Positions 10,101 to 18,817 of a DNA stretch of 64,000 bases are shown piece after piece. The stretch spans positions 1 to 64,000 of IMG/VR virus record IMGVR_UViG_3300032116_000114; one strand, given 5' to 3'. The DNA comes from an uncultured virus (IMG/VR IMGVR_UViG_3300032116_000114) (Duplodnaviria > Heunggongvirae > Uroviricota > Caudoviricetes). The notes under the pieces are model-generated. The model was not told the DNA's origin and made no database searches. It worked only from the letters and a program-made list of their open reading frames with translations. A program made the translations under genes and the position numbers. Each line of letters starts with the position of its first letter. Position 1 is the stretch's first letter.

Positions 10101-12463
10101 CTTTCCTTGCACTTGCAGACGGAGAAATTGCAGCTAGTTCACATGATGGTAAAAATTGGACTTCAAGAAGCACAACAGTAGCAACAATCAGCGTGACTGA
10201 TACTGCCGAAGATGATTCAACAGCATGGGCATCAGGCACGTTATCTTCCGTTGCAAATTGGAGTGCTGTAGGATATGGCGGTTCTAAATATGTTGCAGTA
10301 TCGGGTCCTACATTAAACGTAGCATATTCAACTAACGGTGGATCTACTTGGAGTGCAGGAACTATCCCAACAGGTACAGACGATGCTCGATGCATTGCCT
10401 ACGGTGGCGGCACATGGGTAATTCCTTACATCAGTTCAAACGATGTAGCAACTTCCAGCGATGGTATTACATTTAGTTTCCAAAGCAACGTACTAACAGC
10501 CGTTCGAGATTGGAGTGCTATTACTTACGGAAATGGAACATTTGTACTAGTTGGTAATAGTTCTTCTGTAGCACAATATTCAACTAACGGAACTTCATGG
10601 TCTTCTAGTACTATGCCAGGTACCGACGAATGGACCAGCGTTGCCTATGGAAATATTGGCGGTACTAACTATTTTGTTGTAGTTAGCGGTAGTACCACAA
10701 ACTCAACAGCAGGCGCAAGCTCTGTAGATAACGGTGCAACATGGACTGCTAGAACACTGCCAACATCAACACGATGGAGCAGTGTAACGTTTGGTAATAG
10801 TACATTTGTAGCAGTAGCTGGAAACAGTGGTACTACTACAACATCTGCAGCCTACAGCACTAACGGCACTACATGGTCTGCTGCTACATTACCTGGTGCA
10901 GCAGCCCGTTGGACAAATGTAACATGGAACGGTAGCGTATTTGTGGCAACTGCCTATAACAGCAGCAGATCAGCAATATCTGAAGATGGTATAACATGGA
11001 CAGAAATTACTATGACTACCACAGCCAACTGGAATGCTGGTGCAAGCGATGGTGCTTATAACACAGTGGTAGTTGGATACGGAAGTTCAGCGGTTAAGAC
11101 TCAGTTCTATCAAGCTAATACCAATTACCTAACAGTGGCCAGTACCGCAGATTTATCAGTTAATGACACTGTACAATTTAGTTCTGGAGTTATTGGTGGC
11201 GTGTCAAGCGGCACTCGATATTTTATTAAATCAATTGCCAGTGCAACACGCTTTAATATTTCGTCATCAGTTGGAGGAAGTGTTGTAACACTAACTACCG
11301 GCACCGGCACAATGGCTGGAACTATTGGTAAATTATATTCAGCAGCGGCCTACGGCAACCCTACAGGCAATGCAGGATTCCTTACATTCAATCAAGGTGG
11401 TCGAAGAGCACTAGCAGTATATGTAGGTACAAGAGCACGTGGTAGAGCATGGGTAAATGACGGACTCATAAGAGAAATTTGGGTACATGAGCCAGGATCT
11501 AATTACACCAGCGCACCAACAATGACCATTGTTGATCCTAACAATACAGGTGCAGATGCAACCTATGTTGCTAGAATTGGTGATGGAGTATTGGCACAAC
11601 CAAACTATTCAAATAGAGGTGCAAATTACACAGCATCATCTACAACTGTAACAGGTGACGGATACGCAGACAACTATCAAGTTGGCGCATTTATTGACTT
11701 CAAAGATCTTACAGACGTTCCAAGAGGCGGCGCAAACTTGCAAATTGCAGGAATTGACGATGTCTATTACAGAATCGTCAACGTAAGAGATCTAACAGGT
11801 GTGGGTCCGTACAGTGCTCAGATTCAAGTAAGTCCGGATGTTGGAACATTGGAATCACCAGACCACAACGCAGTCACTACAATTAGACGACGCTACAGTC
11901 AGGTGCGTTTAACAGGCCATGACTTCTTAGACATTGGTACTGGAAATCAAACCAATACCAATTATCCGGGTCTACCAACAACAGACCCAATTCCTGCTAA
12001 CGAAACAGTTGATTCAAATGGCGGTCGTGTATTCTATACATCAACTGACCAAGACGGTAATTTTAGAGTTGGTGGATTGTTCAACGTTGAGCAGTCAACT
12101 GGTACTGCAACATTAAATGCAGATGCATTTAATCTAGCAGGATTGAACGAACTAAGTTTGGGTGAACTAGCGTTGGGCGGAGGTGGAGCAACAATCACTG
12201 AATTCTCAACAGATCCGTTCTTTACGGCGGATTCGGATACAGTGATACCAACTCAAAGAGCTATTAAAGCCTACATTTCAAGTCAAATTGGTGGTGGCGG
12301 ATCTAGCTTGAATGTTAATACGTTAACAGCAGGTGTTATTTTCATAGCAGGACAAGAAATCACAACTACAACTAATGTACAGATTAACATAAATAGTAAA
12401 GTGAACTTTAAAGCTGGTGTTGATGGATATGCTGTCGCACTGAACTTATTTTTAAATGCATAA
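4133..12463 (+). CDS. Giant tail fibre / receptor-binding structural protein (2776 aa)
   Basis: Eight N-terminal WxxxxxYxxxDxVxYGGxxYxCxxxHTS (CBM5/12-like) repeats, four C-x-(R/N)-D helical repeats, a beta-helix-like region, two sets of propeller blades, and a C-terminal domain shared with the upstream gene. Confidence 0.85.
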   Translation: MAEFKLGRIRFVWKADWVTGTTYYKDDVINYGGRTYLCVSGHTANADFYADLDVIPTKWNLFADGQSWKGEWEQLTLYKENDLVKYGGFVYICTQGHTSSTETNGLEFDLDLGDSALSKWELYAEGFEWRSDWSSVVRYRKNDIAKYGGNNYVCNTPHTSAATAALGLEADLEKWDILSEGFDWKGDWSVSLRYKINDVVKYGGQSYICNEGHTSAGIAANGLEADQSKWDYFHKGIEYKGEWANAVRYKVNDLVKYGNSIWRCNTYHTSSTNFSVVYFEQFVEGIEFESFWSSATTYQPGDIVRYGGYSYISKTVHTNVIPTDTSNWDLFTTSFKFEGEWSSGTAYLPGEVIRHGGYTYTATLSGTNKNPETETTYWSRLNSGLRWRGEWLNSTSYLLGDIVKYNSSSYICILGHTSDDDDSTLTPTTNSPEKDNTGTYWNLITSGLEDSVLTTTGDLVYYAPTGPTRLPIGEEGQVLAVENGVPVWKFWGKVEQVYYVAAHGVDAPYPAYGTTIDRPWASVRYACEQIAKGTEFSNAAYLLNQNRTFIQKELTEWVVYQIANSIAPFAGFVNDSQALCERDIGLIVDAFVYDLTHGGNTKTIAATESYFTALGVIEPFIADEEEQLVASINYTVTLIDKILANLAPVANYQALNGISVGNRIKQIIDFNYDSETGAGALITGLAEIITDALTANSIADLPAADVPNYTINVKTGQFYEVLPIYVPANTAIVGDELRSTRISPAGSLIAANDKAKSVTTLQRLKAITSDIITNVAVTPTSGNTATQNTTSQKAGNVGSATAVSSIEANITEIKDIISNGLGSVDAFVLPSPTNWGTSLTNTAYASTGNVTGATSTYDNARAQILANTAFIKAEITAWIAVQVAGNIAPFTTSFTYDAAACARDVGYILDAARYDITYGGNTQTRIAADAYYSYGEATFGSGEKAATLAAFARLKTVVGQVVTEAAVSVSAGNALTQDVSGTAGNTSSKNFAEERVQEIINTITADGVLPTLIAPATSWVSAALLTARTVLNSLRSTVQTDSVTYIKREFPTLNFNETTCSRDVGYIVDALGYDLMFGSNFASIKAGMAYRRGTSSALLVVANQLAATLGIIDFIGHKAKQIAASGATVAAGKLWDYAIDYVNTGTRPVVFGTNIPVTDTDLINGAKILELNKDFLAAEATAYVANTFKTTVSSADGSTDTFTCSSQTWLVAGDTIRFTGTVFGNVALNTTYYVLASGLTATTFKISTSLNGTAVDLSAASGTMVANWYYSAARCENDVRNYVDAISKDLVYTGNFNTVTAARYYRNAYTGSKLEDMFYVRNGCGVRNQTLTGLDGTSDGNTAGAGDADGLTPVNEWGTQRPLAGAYVSLDPGWGPNDDRAWVTNKSTYVQNVTTFGTACVGQKIDGSLHAGGNDSIVSNDFTQVLSDGIGAWITNLGRAELVSVFSYYNHIGYLAENGGKIRATNGNNSYGTFGSVAEGYDVTETPITGAVDNQAQEASVRSIITDGNQLLVMEYLNAGLDYSTASYTISGAGSGAAVSTIDTRNGGLYQVRLTDPGDSTGPGGVGYVTSGNVAQGGNTTQITIAAADSALSTAYVGMHLFITAGTGAGQYGYIQTYNNGSKVATIRKESDGTAGWDHVIPGTPIVASLDLTTVYEITPRVTFSDPGYTKTIRSLSTARNWNDAVYGNGYASYLGLSATGGVGSSSTFDVVRRNGTYTVTINSPGFDFVVGNTLTIAGTAVGGAAPTNNISITVDAIDSTDGSITAVSATGTAIAGAYVAVGSSTNKAGYSIDGTTWSEVTLPAVGDWQSIAYGVYSSVSKYVAIVRDGTIAAHSVDGVNWSTSSIGEGGDWVGIAYGSAKFVAISESDSGTTSRAVSSDGGLTWSVGSVSTGAKAIAFGNGRFVIVEGNFSNSVAWSTDGVTWNVTTMPANADSTESNWFDIAFGNGRFVAIADNATMVAYSFNGATWYSSTLPVSADWRKVVYGSGTFLALADGEIAASSHDGKNWTSRSTTVATISVTDTAEDDSTAWASGTLSSVANWSAVGYGGSKYVAVSGPTLNVAYSTNGGSTWSAGTIPTGTDDARCIAYGGGTWVIPYISSNDVATSSDGITFSFQSNVLTAVRDWSAITYGNGTFVLVGNSSSVAQYSTNGTSWSSSTMPGTDEWTSVAYGNIGGTNYFVVVSGSTTNSTAGASSVDNGATWTARTLPTSTRWSSVTFGNSTFVAVAGNSGTTTTSAAYSTNGTTWSAATLPGAAARWTNVTWNGSVFVATAYNSSRSAISEDGITWTEITMTTTANWNAGASDGAYNTVVVGYGSSAVKTQFYQANTNYLTVASTADLSVNDTVQFSSGVIGGVSSGTRYFIKSIASATRFNISSSVGGSVVTLTTGTGTMAGTIGKLYSAAAYGNPTGNAGFLTFNQGGRRALAVYVGTRARGRAWVNDGLIREIWVHEPGSNYTSAPTMTIVDPNNTGADATYVARIGDGVLAQPNYSNRGANYTASSTTVTGDGYADNYQVGAFIDFKDLTDVPRGGANLQIAGIDDVYYRIVNVRDLTGVGPYSAQIQVSPDVGTLESPDHNAVTTIRRRYSQVRLTGHDFLDIGTGNQTNTNYPGLPTTDPIPANETVDSNGGRVFYTSTDQDGNFRVGGLFNVEQSTGTATLNADAFNLAGLNELSLGELALGGGGATITEFSTDPFFTADSDTVIPTQRAIKAYISSQIGGGGSSLNVNTLTAGVIFIAGQEITTTTNVQININSKVNFKAGVDGYAVALNLFLNA

Positions 12464-12476
12464 CGGAGAAATTTAA

Positions 12477-12797
12477 ATGGCTACAGGAAGATTAGGAATA
12501 GCAGATTTAGCAGCAGCTACCAATACTAGCGTTTACACCGTTCCATCAGGGTATTTTGCAGTGCTTAGTGTGAACATTTGTAATAGATCAAACCAAGCAA
12601 TTGCAGTAAGAATTGCAACCGCTGATTTGGATACACCAGTAAACGGAGAATATCTAGAATACGATACTGAAGTTTTAGGTCGTGGCGTTCTAGAAAGAAC
12701 AGGTATTATTGTTGCAGCAGGTCAAAAAATTGTGGTAAGATCAAGCGGTGCCAATGTCAGCGCAGTTGTTTTTGGCATTGAAACATCTACAACATAA
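12477..12797 (+). CDS. Small virion/tail-associated structural protein
   Basis: 106 aa beta-rich ORF with GGAG RBS, lying inside the tail-fibre operon. Confidence 0.65.
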   Translation: MATGRLGIADLAAATNTSVYTVPSGYFAVLSVNICNRSNQAIAVRIATADLDTPVNGEYLEYDTEVLGRGVLERTGIIVAAGQKIVVRSSGANVSAVVFGIETSTT

Positions 12798-12821
12798 ATA
12801 CATATACGAGGAATTAATAAA

Positions 12822-13145
12822 ATGGGAAGATACATCACAACAACCGGTACTGCACAAAACGTGACTAGAACCGTAGGCACTGCATATGCGGCACAAGTTA
12901 ATGATAGAATCATTTGCACCACTGGTGGTTTCACAATCACATTGCCTGCCACGGCAACCTTGATTGAGAACGATACCATTCAGGTAATTGACGCAACCGG
13001 TGTTTCTGGTTCAAGCAACATTACACTTGCTAGAAACGGTTCAAAAATTCAAAACTTGAATGAAGATTTAGTAATCAACGTAAACAATGCTTGTGTCACA
13101 TTAGTGTGGACAGGTGCTACATACGGTTGGTTAATTACAAGATAA
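12822..13145 (+). CDS. Small tail-fibre protein resembling the N-terminal repeat of T4 gp34-type fibres
   Basis: Pattern TGGFTITLP...DTIQVIDA...NITLARNGSKI...DLVINVN; preceded by TAAATA (12795) and GAGG RBS. Confidence 0.6.
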   Translation: MGRYITTTGTAQNVTRTVGTAYAAQVNDRIICTTGGFTITLPATATLIENDTIQVIDATGVSGSSNITLARNGSKIQNLNEDLVINVNNACVTLVWTGATYGWLITR

Positions 13146-13155
13146 GAGAACCACA

Positions 13156-13920
13156 ATGGCAAATTTGACATCATTTTTTGTTAACGACTCCGGTGCAGTA
13201 AATCAGGTCAACAGAGAATTTCAACTGGCAATTTACAATACCGACACTCCGTCGGTAACTAACGGTGGATCATGCTGCCTATGGACCGTTCCAGCTGGAA
13301 TTACTTGGGCCGTGTTTGAAACATGGGGCGGTGGTGGCTCGGGTGGTGGCGCATGTTGTTGTATGGGTCCTTACTATGGTCCAGAAAGTGGTGCATACTC
13401 TAAAAAGAATCTAGCAGTTACAGCAGGACAACAATTTTGCATTTGTGCAGGCGGCAGCGGCTGCTGTAATACACAGTGTTGTGGAGTCTGTGGATATCCT
13501 AGTTGGGTATTATGCCAAGCTGGCGGAGCCACAGTGACTTGCGCAGCCGGCGGATGCGGCGGATGCGTACAATGTTTTAGAAGCTATCAAGGCTGTACAG
13601 GTATCTGCTTTGGTATGTGTAAAATGGGTTGCGATGTTGGACCAAGTGATTTTACTCAGCCTAAGATCATGAGTCAACCAAAAACATCAAACTATTGCTG
13701 GCAAAATATGTTCGAGTTCAAATCAGGACCAACCAAATATAAAGCAAATCTACTCTTAGGTATAGAGCATTGCTCAACAAGTTTAACTATCTCTGGCTGC
13801 TCACCATTTGGCGCACCGGCGTATCCGGGAGGACCCGGTAATAGTGCAACAGCCTGCGGTGGCGGATGCTGTTGGGGCGGTTGGGGTGCCGGCGGACTAG
13901 TAGTAGTAAATTACGGATAA
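13156..13920 (+). CDS. Cys/Gly-rich fibre-tip/adhesin-like protein, paralog 1
   Basis: FExWGGGGxGGG glycine-rich-domain motif, NGGxCC and GGGACCC motifs, about 27 Cys in 254 aa, C-terminal WGGWGAGGLVVVNYG. Confidence 0.7.
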   Translation: MANLTSFFVNDSGAVNQVNREFQLAIYNTDTPSVTNGGSCCLWTVPAGITWAVFETWGGGGSGGGACCCMGPYYGPESGAYSKKNLAVTAGQQFCICAGGSGCCNTQCCGVCGYPSWVLCQAGGATVTCAAGGCGGCVQCFRSYQGCTGICFGMCKMGCDVGPSDFTQPKIMSQPKTSNYCWQNMFEFKSGPTKYKANLLLGIEHCSTSLTISGCSPFGAPAYPGGPGNSATACGGGCCWGGWGAGGLVVVNYG

Positions 13921-13933
13921 TAGGAAAAATAAA

Positions 13934-14590
13934 ATGGCAGAAAACACACCAATCGTAAAAACATTCACATATGATATTGCTGATGCATACCTTTATCAAA
14001 CAAATAGTTTGAAAAGAACAGCCCAGTGGACTTATAAGGGTCCTAGGTATTTGTGGATATTTGTAGATGCAGCTACTAACAAAATTATGAGTAGATTTCA
14101 TTATACTGAAAAAGATAATGGCGATACTGTACCAACGCCACAAGGGCAGATCAAAGTTATGGTAGATGCTGCTATAAATCCAGAAATTGCCAGTTGCATC
14201 CATAACGAGACCATATACGGTGAACTACCTCATACATCTGAAGTATTACCAGATGGCAGCACATACGGTCATCCAAATCCTATTCCGCCTGATCATACAT
14301 ACGAACTCACAGAAATACAATATAATGCTACAACAGAAAAATTTGTAAAACCTTATCCGTGGAAAAAACCACACATGGATTGGGAAACATTAAAAAATGT
14401 TAGAAATGCTATGTTACAAGCAACTGATGGAAAAATAGCACAAGCAGCTGATGTTGATAAAACAGCTTGGGAAACATATAGACAAAAACTAAGAGATCTA
14501 CCTAGGGTATTTGCAGGTATTGATCCTTGGAAAGTACCGTTTCCTATTGAGCCCGGCACTACGCCGTCACCTACTGACCAAGCGGGGTAA
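13934..14590 (+). CDS. Tail fibre assembly chaperone-like protein, paralog 1
   Basis: C-terminal W..LKNVRNAML..TD...WETYRQKLRDLP motif typical of phage tail (fibre) assembly chaperones. Confidence 0.7.
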   Translation: MAENTPIVKTFTYDIADAYLYQTNSLKRTAQWTYKGPRYLWIFVDAATNKIMSRFHYTEKDNGDTVPTPQGQIKVMVDAAINPEIASCIHNETIYGELPHTSEVLPDGSTYGHPNPIPPDHTYELTEIQYNATTEKFVKPYPWKKPHMDWETLKNVRNAMLQATDGKIAQAADVDKTAWETYRQKLRDLPRVFAGIDPWKVPFPIEPGTTPSPTDQAG

Positions 14591-14594
14591 TTAA

Positions 14595-15356
14595 ATGGCA
14601 ACGTTAACTTCGTTATTTCCAGATACCGCTACAACAAACATTATACAGCCTGCAACGGGCATATTTAATCAGTTATATGTTCGAAATACCAGTTACGACA
14701 ACGTAACCAACGGTGGTTTTTGCTGTCTATGGACTGTACCTACAGGAACAACGTGGGCCCGTTTTGAAGTATGGGGTGGCGGTGGCGATGGCGGTGGCGC
14801 CTGCTGCTGTCAACAGCCTTCAATGGGTGGTGGTTCAGGTAGCTATGCTAGAAAAACTACTCGAGTGGTTCCTGGCGAAACCTATAGACTATGTGCAGGA
14901 GGCAGCGGCTGTTGCTCTCAATCATGCCTAGGTACCTCGGGTTTTCCTAGTAGCGTGTGCAATCCAGGAGCAAGTTCATATCCAGTAGCATTGTGTGCTA
15001 GTGGTGGGTATGGCGGCACCAGCAGTTGCTTCTACGCTATTTCTAGTTGCTATCATTGCGCCACTACAATCTGCGGATGCACCTGCGGCGCTGACTTTAG
15101 TCTTTGCGGACTTACAGGATCAGCTCACGCATCATGGTGCGGATTTGATGCATGGCAATATACTCCACAAGGAACATATGCCGGAGGCGGCGCAAGAACT
15201 GGTTCAACTCATTGCGGTGAATTCTGGATGGGTTGTGCAATTATGGGCAACGGAAATATATTCCCAGGTGGCGGTGGCGGTACAGCTATATCATATGGCG
15301 CTTGCTGTTGGGGCGGATGGGGCGCCGGCGGCCAAGTACTGGTCACTTTCAAATAA
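14595..15356 (+). CDS. Cys/Gly-rich fibre-tip/adhesin-like protein, paralog 2
   Basis: Same motifs as paralog 1 (NGGFCCLWTVP, FEVWGGGG, GGGACCC, CCWGGWGAGG); about 23 Cys. Confidence 0.7.
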   Translation: MATLTSLFPDTATTNIIQPATGIFNQLYVRNTSYDNVTNGGFCCLWTVPTGTTWARFEVWGGGGDGGGACCCQQPSMGGGSGSYARKTTRVVPGETYRLCAGGSGCCSQSCLGTSGFPSSVCNPGASSYPVALCASGGYGGTSSCFYAISSCYHCATTICGCTCGADFSLCGLTGSAHASWCGFDAWQYTPQGTYAGGGARTGSTHCGEFWMGCAIMGNGNIFPGGGGGTAISYGACCWGGWGAGGQVLVTFK

Positions 15357-15370
15357 GGAATCAAAATTAA

Positions 15371-16123
15371 ATGGCAACTCTAAAAGCGTTAACAGGGACA
15401 ATTACTGCTATTGCAGCTACCAATTTTCCTACAGAAGTTTTGATCTATAACACCAGCGTGGATAGTCCGGCTAACGGAGGACGTTGCTGTCAATTTACAT
15501 TGCCTTCTAATACTCGATATGTTAAATTTGAGATGTGGGGTGGCGGCGGTGGTGGCGGCGGTGGTTGCTGCTGCCAACAAGGTAATCCCGGCGGTGCCGG
15601 TGCATATGCGGTAAAAACTGTATGCAGCACCAATCTTGGCGGATGCCAATACACAATTTGTGCCGGCGGAACTACCAGTACATCACCCAACTGTATCGGC
15701 TGTGCTGGATGCGACAGTTTTGTTCAAGGATTTGGTCTTAGTAATTTTTGTGCCAAGGGTGGAAATTATGGAGACACTCATTGTTTCTATCAATTTTGTC
15801 ATCCTTGCTGCATACCTTTTACACACTGCTGTAACGGATTTGGCGGAGATATTTGTATCCACGGTCAACACAGTACATATCAAAGTTATAATTGGTGCGC
15901 ACAAGCATTCCAGCAGCATGCCATGTTAGCAGCAGCTACAGCATCTGGCCCTATGTTTGGTCCAGGCGGTTGTATTAACGGTTCACCTAATGGATCGTGT
16001 ACCAACTGGTTCACTAAGTCATATTTTCCAGGCGGCGGCGGCATGAGTGTGCATACCATTGGCGGCAACTGCTGGTGCGGCGGCCACGGTGGTGGTGGCC
16101 TTGTTTCAGTAACTTACGGATAA
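15371..16123 (+). CDS. Cys/Gly-rich fibre-tip/adhesin-like protein, paralog 3
   Basis: NGGRCC, FEMWGGGGGGGGGCCC, CWCGGHGGGGLVSVTYG; about 24 Cys. Confidence 0.7.
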   Translation: MATLKALTGTITAIAATNFPTEVLIYNTSVDSPANGGRCCQFTLPSNTRYVKFEMWGGGGGGGGGCCCQQGNPGGAGAYAVKTVCSTNLGGCQYTICAGGTTSTSPNCIGCAGCDSFVQGFGLSNFCAKGGNYGDTHCFYQFCHPCCIPFTHCCNGFGGDICIHGQHSTYQSYNWCAQAFQQHAMLAAATASGPMFGPGGCINGSPNGSCTNWFTKSYFPGGGGMSVHTIGGNCWCGGHGGGGLVSVTYG

Positions 16124-16127
16124 AAAA

Positions 16128-16781
16128 ATGCCAAAAATTCAAAAATCATTTACCTACGATGTGCCTGACGATTACCTACATCAAACTCGAACATTGAACA
16201 AAGTCGGAGTTTGGACTTACGACGGCCACGATAAAATTTGGGTATTTGTTGACGCAGAAACTAACAGACTTACCGGAGATTTTAAAACTCCAGATGAGGA
16301 TGGAGCGACTTACCCAACACCCTTAAATCTTATAAAAGTAGAAATTGACTGCAATCTTAATCCTTTATTAGCCTGCCTAGTAGGAGCTGATGAAGTTCGA
16401 GATTATAATCTTTTAGACCAACATGAAGAAACACTGCCAGACGGCACAGTATATCGTAGACCGTTGGTTCCTCCTCCAGATCACACTTATGAAATGACTG
16501 AGATTGCATATGATCCTATCACAAATACATTTGTCACTCCGTATCCATGGAAAAAACCACATGTAACATGGCAAGATATTCGTGAGTGGAGAAACAGAAA
16601 TTTACAAATGTCTGACCCTAGAGTTATAGACGACATGCCTGCTGCTATCAAAGCCAAATGGGAAGAACATCGTCAAAAACTCAGAGATATTCCACAGACG
16701 TTTGGTGCTGCTCCAGGCGGTACGCCGCCTATAGATCCCTGGAAAGTACAACCAATAACGGCGCCCGACGGCACTGAATAA
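16128..16781 (+). CDS. Tail fibre assembly chaperone-like protein, paralog 2
   Basis: Colinear with 13934..14590 (FTYDxxDxYLxQT, PPDHTYE, PYPWKKPH, RQKLRDxP, DPWKV). Confidence 0.7.
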   Translation: MPKIQKSFTYDVPDDYLHQTRTLNKVGVWTYDGHDKIWVFVDAETNRLTGDFKTPDEDGATYPTPLNLIKVEIDCNLNPLLACLVGADEVRDYNLLDQHEETLPDGTVYRRPLVPPPDHTYEMTEIAYDPITNTFVTPYPWKKPHVTWQDIREWRNRNLQMSDPRVIDDMPAAIKAKWEEHRQKLRDIPQTFGAAPGGTPPIDPWKVQPITAPDGTE

Positions 16782-16808
16782 AAAAAGGAGCATTGCTCCT
16801 TTTTTTTT
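16781..16808. terminator. Intrinsic terminator, probably bidirectional
   Basis: A-tract, GGAGC-att-GCTCC hairpin, T-tract directly after the chaperone stop codon. Confidence 0.75.
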
Positions 16809-16881
16809 GAGTTCAGAAATATTGCTCTCTCCTTGAAAAGATGCTAAATTATATAGTATCAAAAACATTTAGGGATCACAC

Positions 16882-17886
16882 ATGACAGAACGAACCAAAG
16901 CATTTTTTATTAACGGAGGCGCCGGCCGTGTACTCTGTTCAATACCTGCCTTAGAAAAATACGCCGAAGAAGTTGATAAAAATTTTATAGTTGTCTGCGA
17001 AGGTGGAACAGACTTCTACAGAGGTCACCCAATATTACATTCAAGGTGCTACGATCATTGGCACAAAAATTTATTTGAAGACAAATTAATTAATTGCGAT
17101 TTAATTACTCCTGAGCCCTATCGAGTTTGGGAATATTTCAATCAAAAATGTTCTATTGCACAAGCATATGATATTGCCATAAACAACAAAGGCATTAGAG
17201 AACTACAGCAGCCATTTTTAAAATTATCTAATGACGAATCTATACTAGGATTTAACATTGTTAAAGAAGTAAAAGAAAAAACCGGAAAGAAAAAAGTAGT
17301 TGTATTCCAACCGTTTGGCCGCGGAGTTAAGGCCGACAATAATATCATATATGATCCAAGCGGTAGAAGCTTTGAAGGCGTCCATGTGATTGAGATTGTA
17401 AAAAAATTACAAAAAGAAGACCTAGGTGTTATTGTAATGAGTGAACTTGGAATAGACTTTCAAAAACACGGTTGCAAAGATCCCGTGGCCCTACCTCAAA
17501 ATGTATCACTAAGGCAGTGGGCAGGAATTATTGGCCAAGCTGACTATTTCCTAGGCTGTGACTCGGTGGGACAACATCTAGCGGTAGCGTTAAACAAGCC
17601 GCTATCGGTAGTGCTTGGTTCAACTTTTCCAATTAATGTTACCTATATGGACTACGATAAATTAGATATTTTAGATATGGGCGGAGAAATTCGTCAATAC
17701 AGCCCAATTAGAATTACCATGGACGATGTTGCAGATCGTGGCAACGACGGTATTATGAAGATGAATGAAAAAGTTGAAAATGCCATTGTAGAATCTGTAA
17801 AAAAAGGAATTGAAAACTTTCCTATTCTTCAATCTACAACAGAAGAAATTTCAGTAACATCTGCTCCTACCTGTCCTACCTGCTAA
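16882..17886 (+). CDS. GT9-like glycosyltransferase (heptosyltransferase-type GT-B fold)
   Basis: N-terminal GGAGRVLCSIPAL (cf. GxGDxx), VVFQP, and LRQWAGIIGQADYFLGCDSVGQHLAVALNKP (cf. DSGxxHLAxA). Confidence 0.7.
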   Translation: MTERTKAFFINGGAGRVLCSIPALEKYAEEVDKNFIVVCEGGTDFYRGHPILHSRCYDHWHKNLFEDKLINCDLITPEPYRVWEYFNQKCSIAQAYDIAINNKGIRELQQPFLKLSNDESILGFNIVKEVKEKTGKKKVVVFQPFGRGVKADNNIIYDPSGRSFEGVHVIEIVKKLQKEDLGVIVMSELGIDFQKHGCKDPVALPQNVSLRQWAGIIGQADYFLGCDSVGQHLAVALNKPLSVVLGSTFPINVTYMDYDKLDILDMGGEIRQYSPIRITMDDVADRGNDGIMKMNEKVENAIVESVKKGIENFPILQSTTEEISVTSAPTCPTC

Positions 17887-17889
17887 AAA

Positions 17890-18816
17890 ATGAAGAGATT
17901 TTTTGCTTTTGGTTGCAGTTATACTAATTATGCATGGCCTACTTGGGCTAATTTGCTATCGGTCAGCTATGACGAATTTTATAATTGGGGACTAGCAGGC
18001 ATTGGTAATCGTGCCATTGCCGAAAGAGTAGCAGAAGCTAATGTTAAACACGGATTTACCAAAGATGATCTAATCATAGTGCAGTGGAGTAGTCACCTAC
18101 GTAATGATTGGTGGCACAAATACAGTTGTTCGGATAGGCCCTATCAATGGAAGACAGGCGGCAGTATATTCAATTATATCAATGAAAAACTCTATGACAA
18201 TAAGTGGGTAGATACATTTTTCTATGAACCTGCATATTTTATGCATACCCTAAATCATATTTCATTAACTCAAGGCCTGTTAAAATCTATAGGTTGTGAA
18301 TGGTACATGAGCAGTATGGGTGATATTCGAAACCTAGGTGCAGATCTTAGAAATCATGCAGATTACGGAGAATTAGGACACATACCTACACCGGGCGATG
18401 TTAACGTTGATATGTTAGCATGGAAAAAAATTCCAGAGCTATCAATATACAATAAAACAATTTGGGAAGACAATCAGGATCATTGGCTTATGCCCATGGA
18501 AACTCACGCACAGCTACATAACGAACATACCTACAAGTACATAGACGATGGCCGAGGCGGTACTAAACAGTTTACGGACGATTTTCATCCAACCCCAAGA
18601 CAACATGCGTTGTGGATTGAAAGTCAATTAGCTGATAGATTAAATTTATCAAAAGAGACTATGGATTTTGCCTACAGTGTAGCTGAAAGAGTCGACGATC
18701 ATTTTAATAAATTTAAATTTAGCAAAATGCAATTTACAGAAAAATTATTTTCTAATGAGTTTTTTGAAAAGAAATATGACAAAATGCAATGGCCTACACA
18801 GTTGATGGGATTTTGA
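17890..18816 (+). CDS. SGNH/GDSL-like hydrolase or acyltransferase-like protein, paralog 1
   Basis: FGCSYT (GDS-like block I), NWGLAGIGN (block II-like), and a distal DFHP (DxHP-like block V). Confidence 0.55.
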   Translation: MKRFFAFGCSYTNYAWPTWANLLSVSYDEFYNWGLAGIGNRAIAERVAEANVKHGFTKDDLIIVQWSSHLRNDWWHKYSCSDRPYQWKTGGSIFNYINEKLYDNKWVDTFFYEPAYFMHTLNHISLTQGLLKSIGCEWYMSSMGDIRNLGADLRNHADYGELGHIPTPGDVNVDMLAWKKIPELSIYNKTIWEDNQDHWLMPMETHAQLHNEHTYKYIDDGRGGTKQFTDDFHPTPRQHALWIESQLADRLNLSKETMDFAYSVAERVDDHFNKFKFSKMQFTEKLFSNEFFEKKYDKMQWPTQLMGF

Positions 18817-18817
18817 T

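Noticed and set aside
13156..16123. Diversity-generating retroelement acting on the Cys/Gly-rich paralogs
   Set aside because: No reverse transcriptase lies in the window, and I saw no near-identical template/variable repeat pair differing only at adenines; the paralogs differ throughout.
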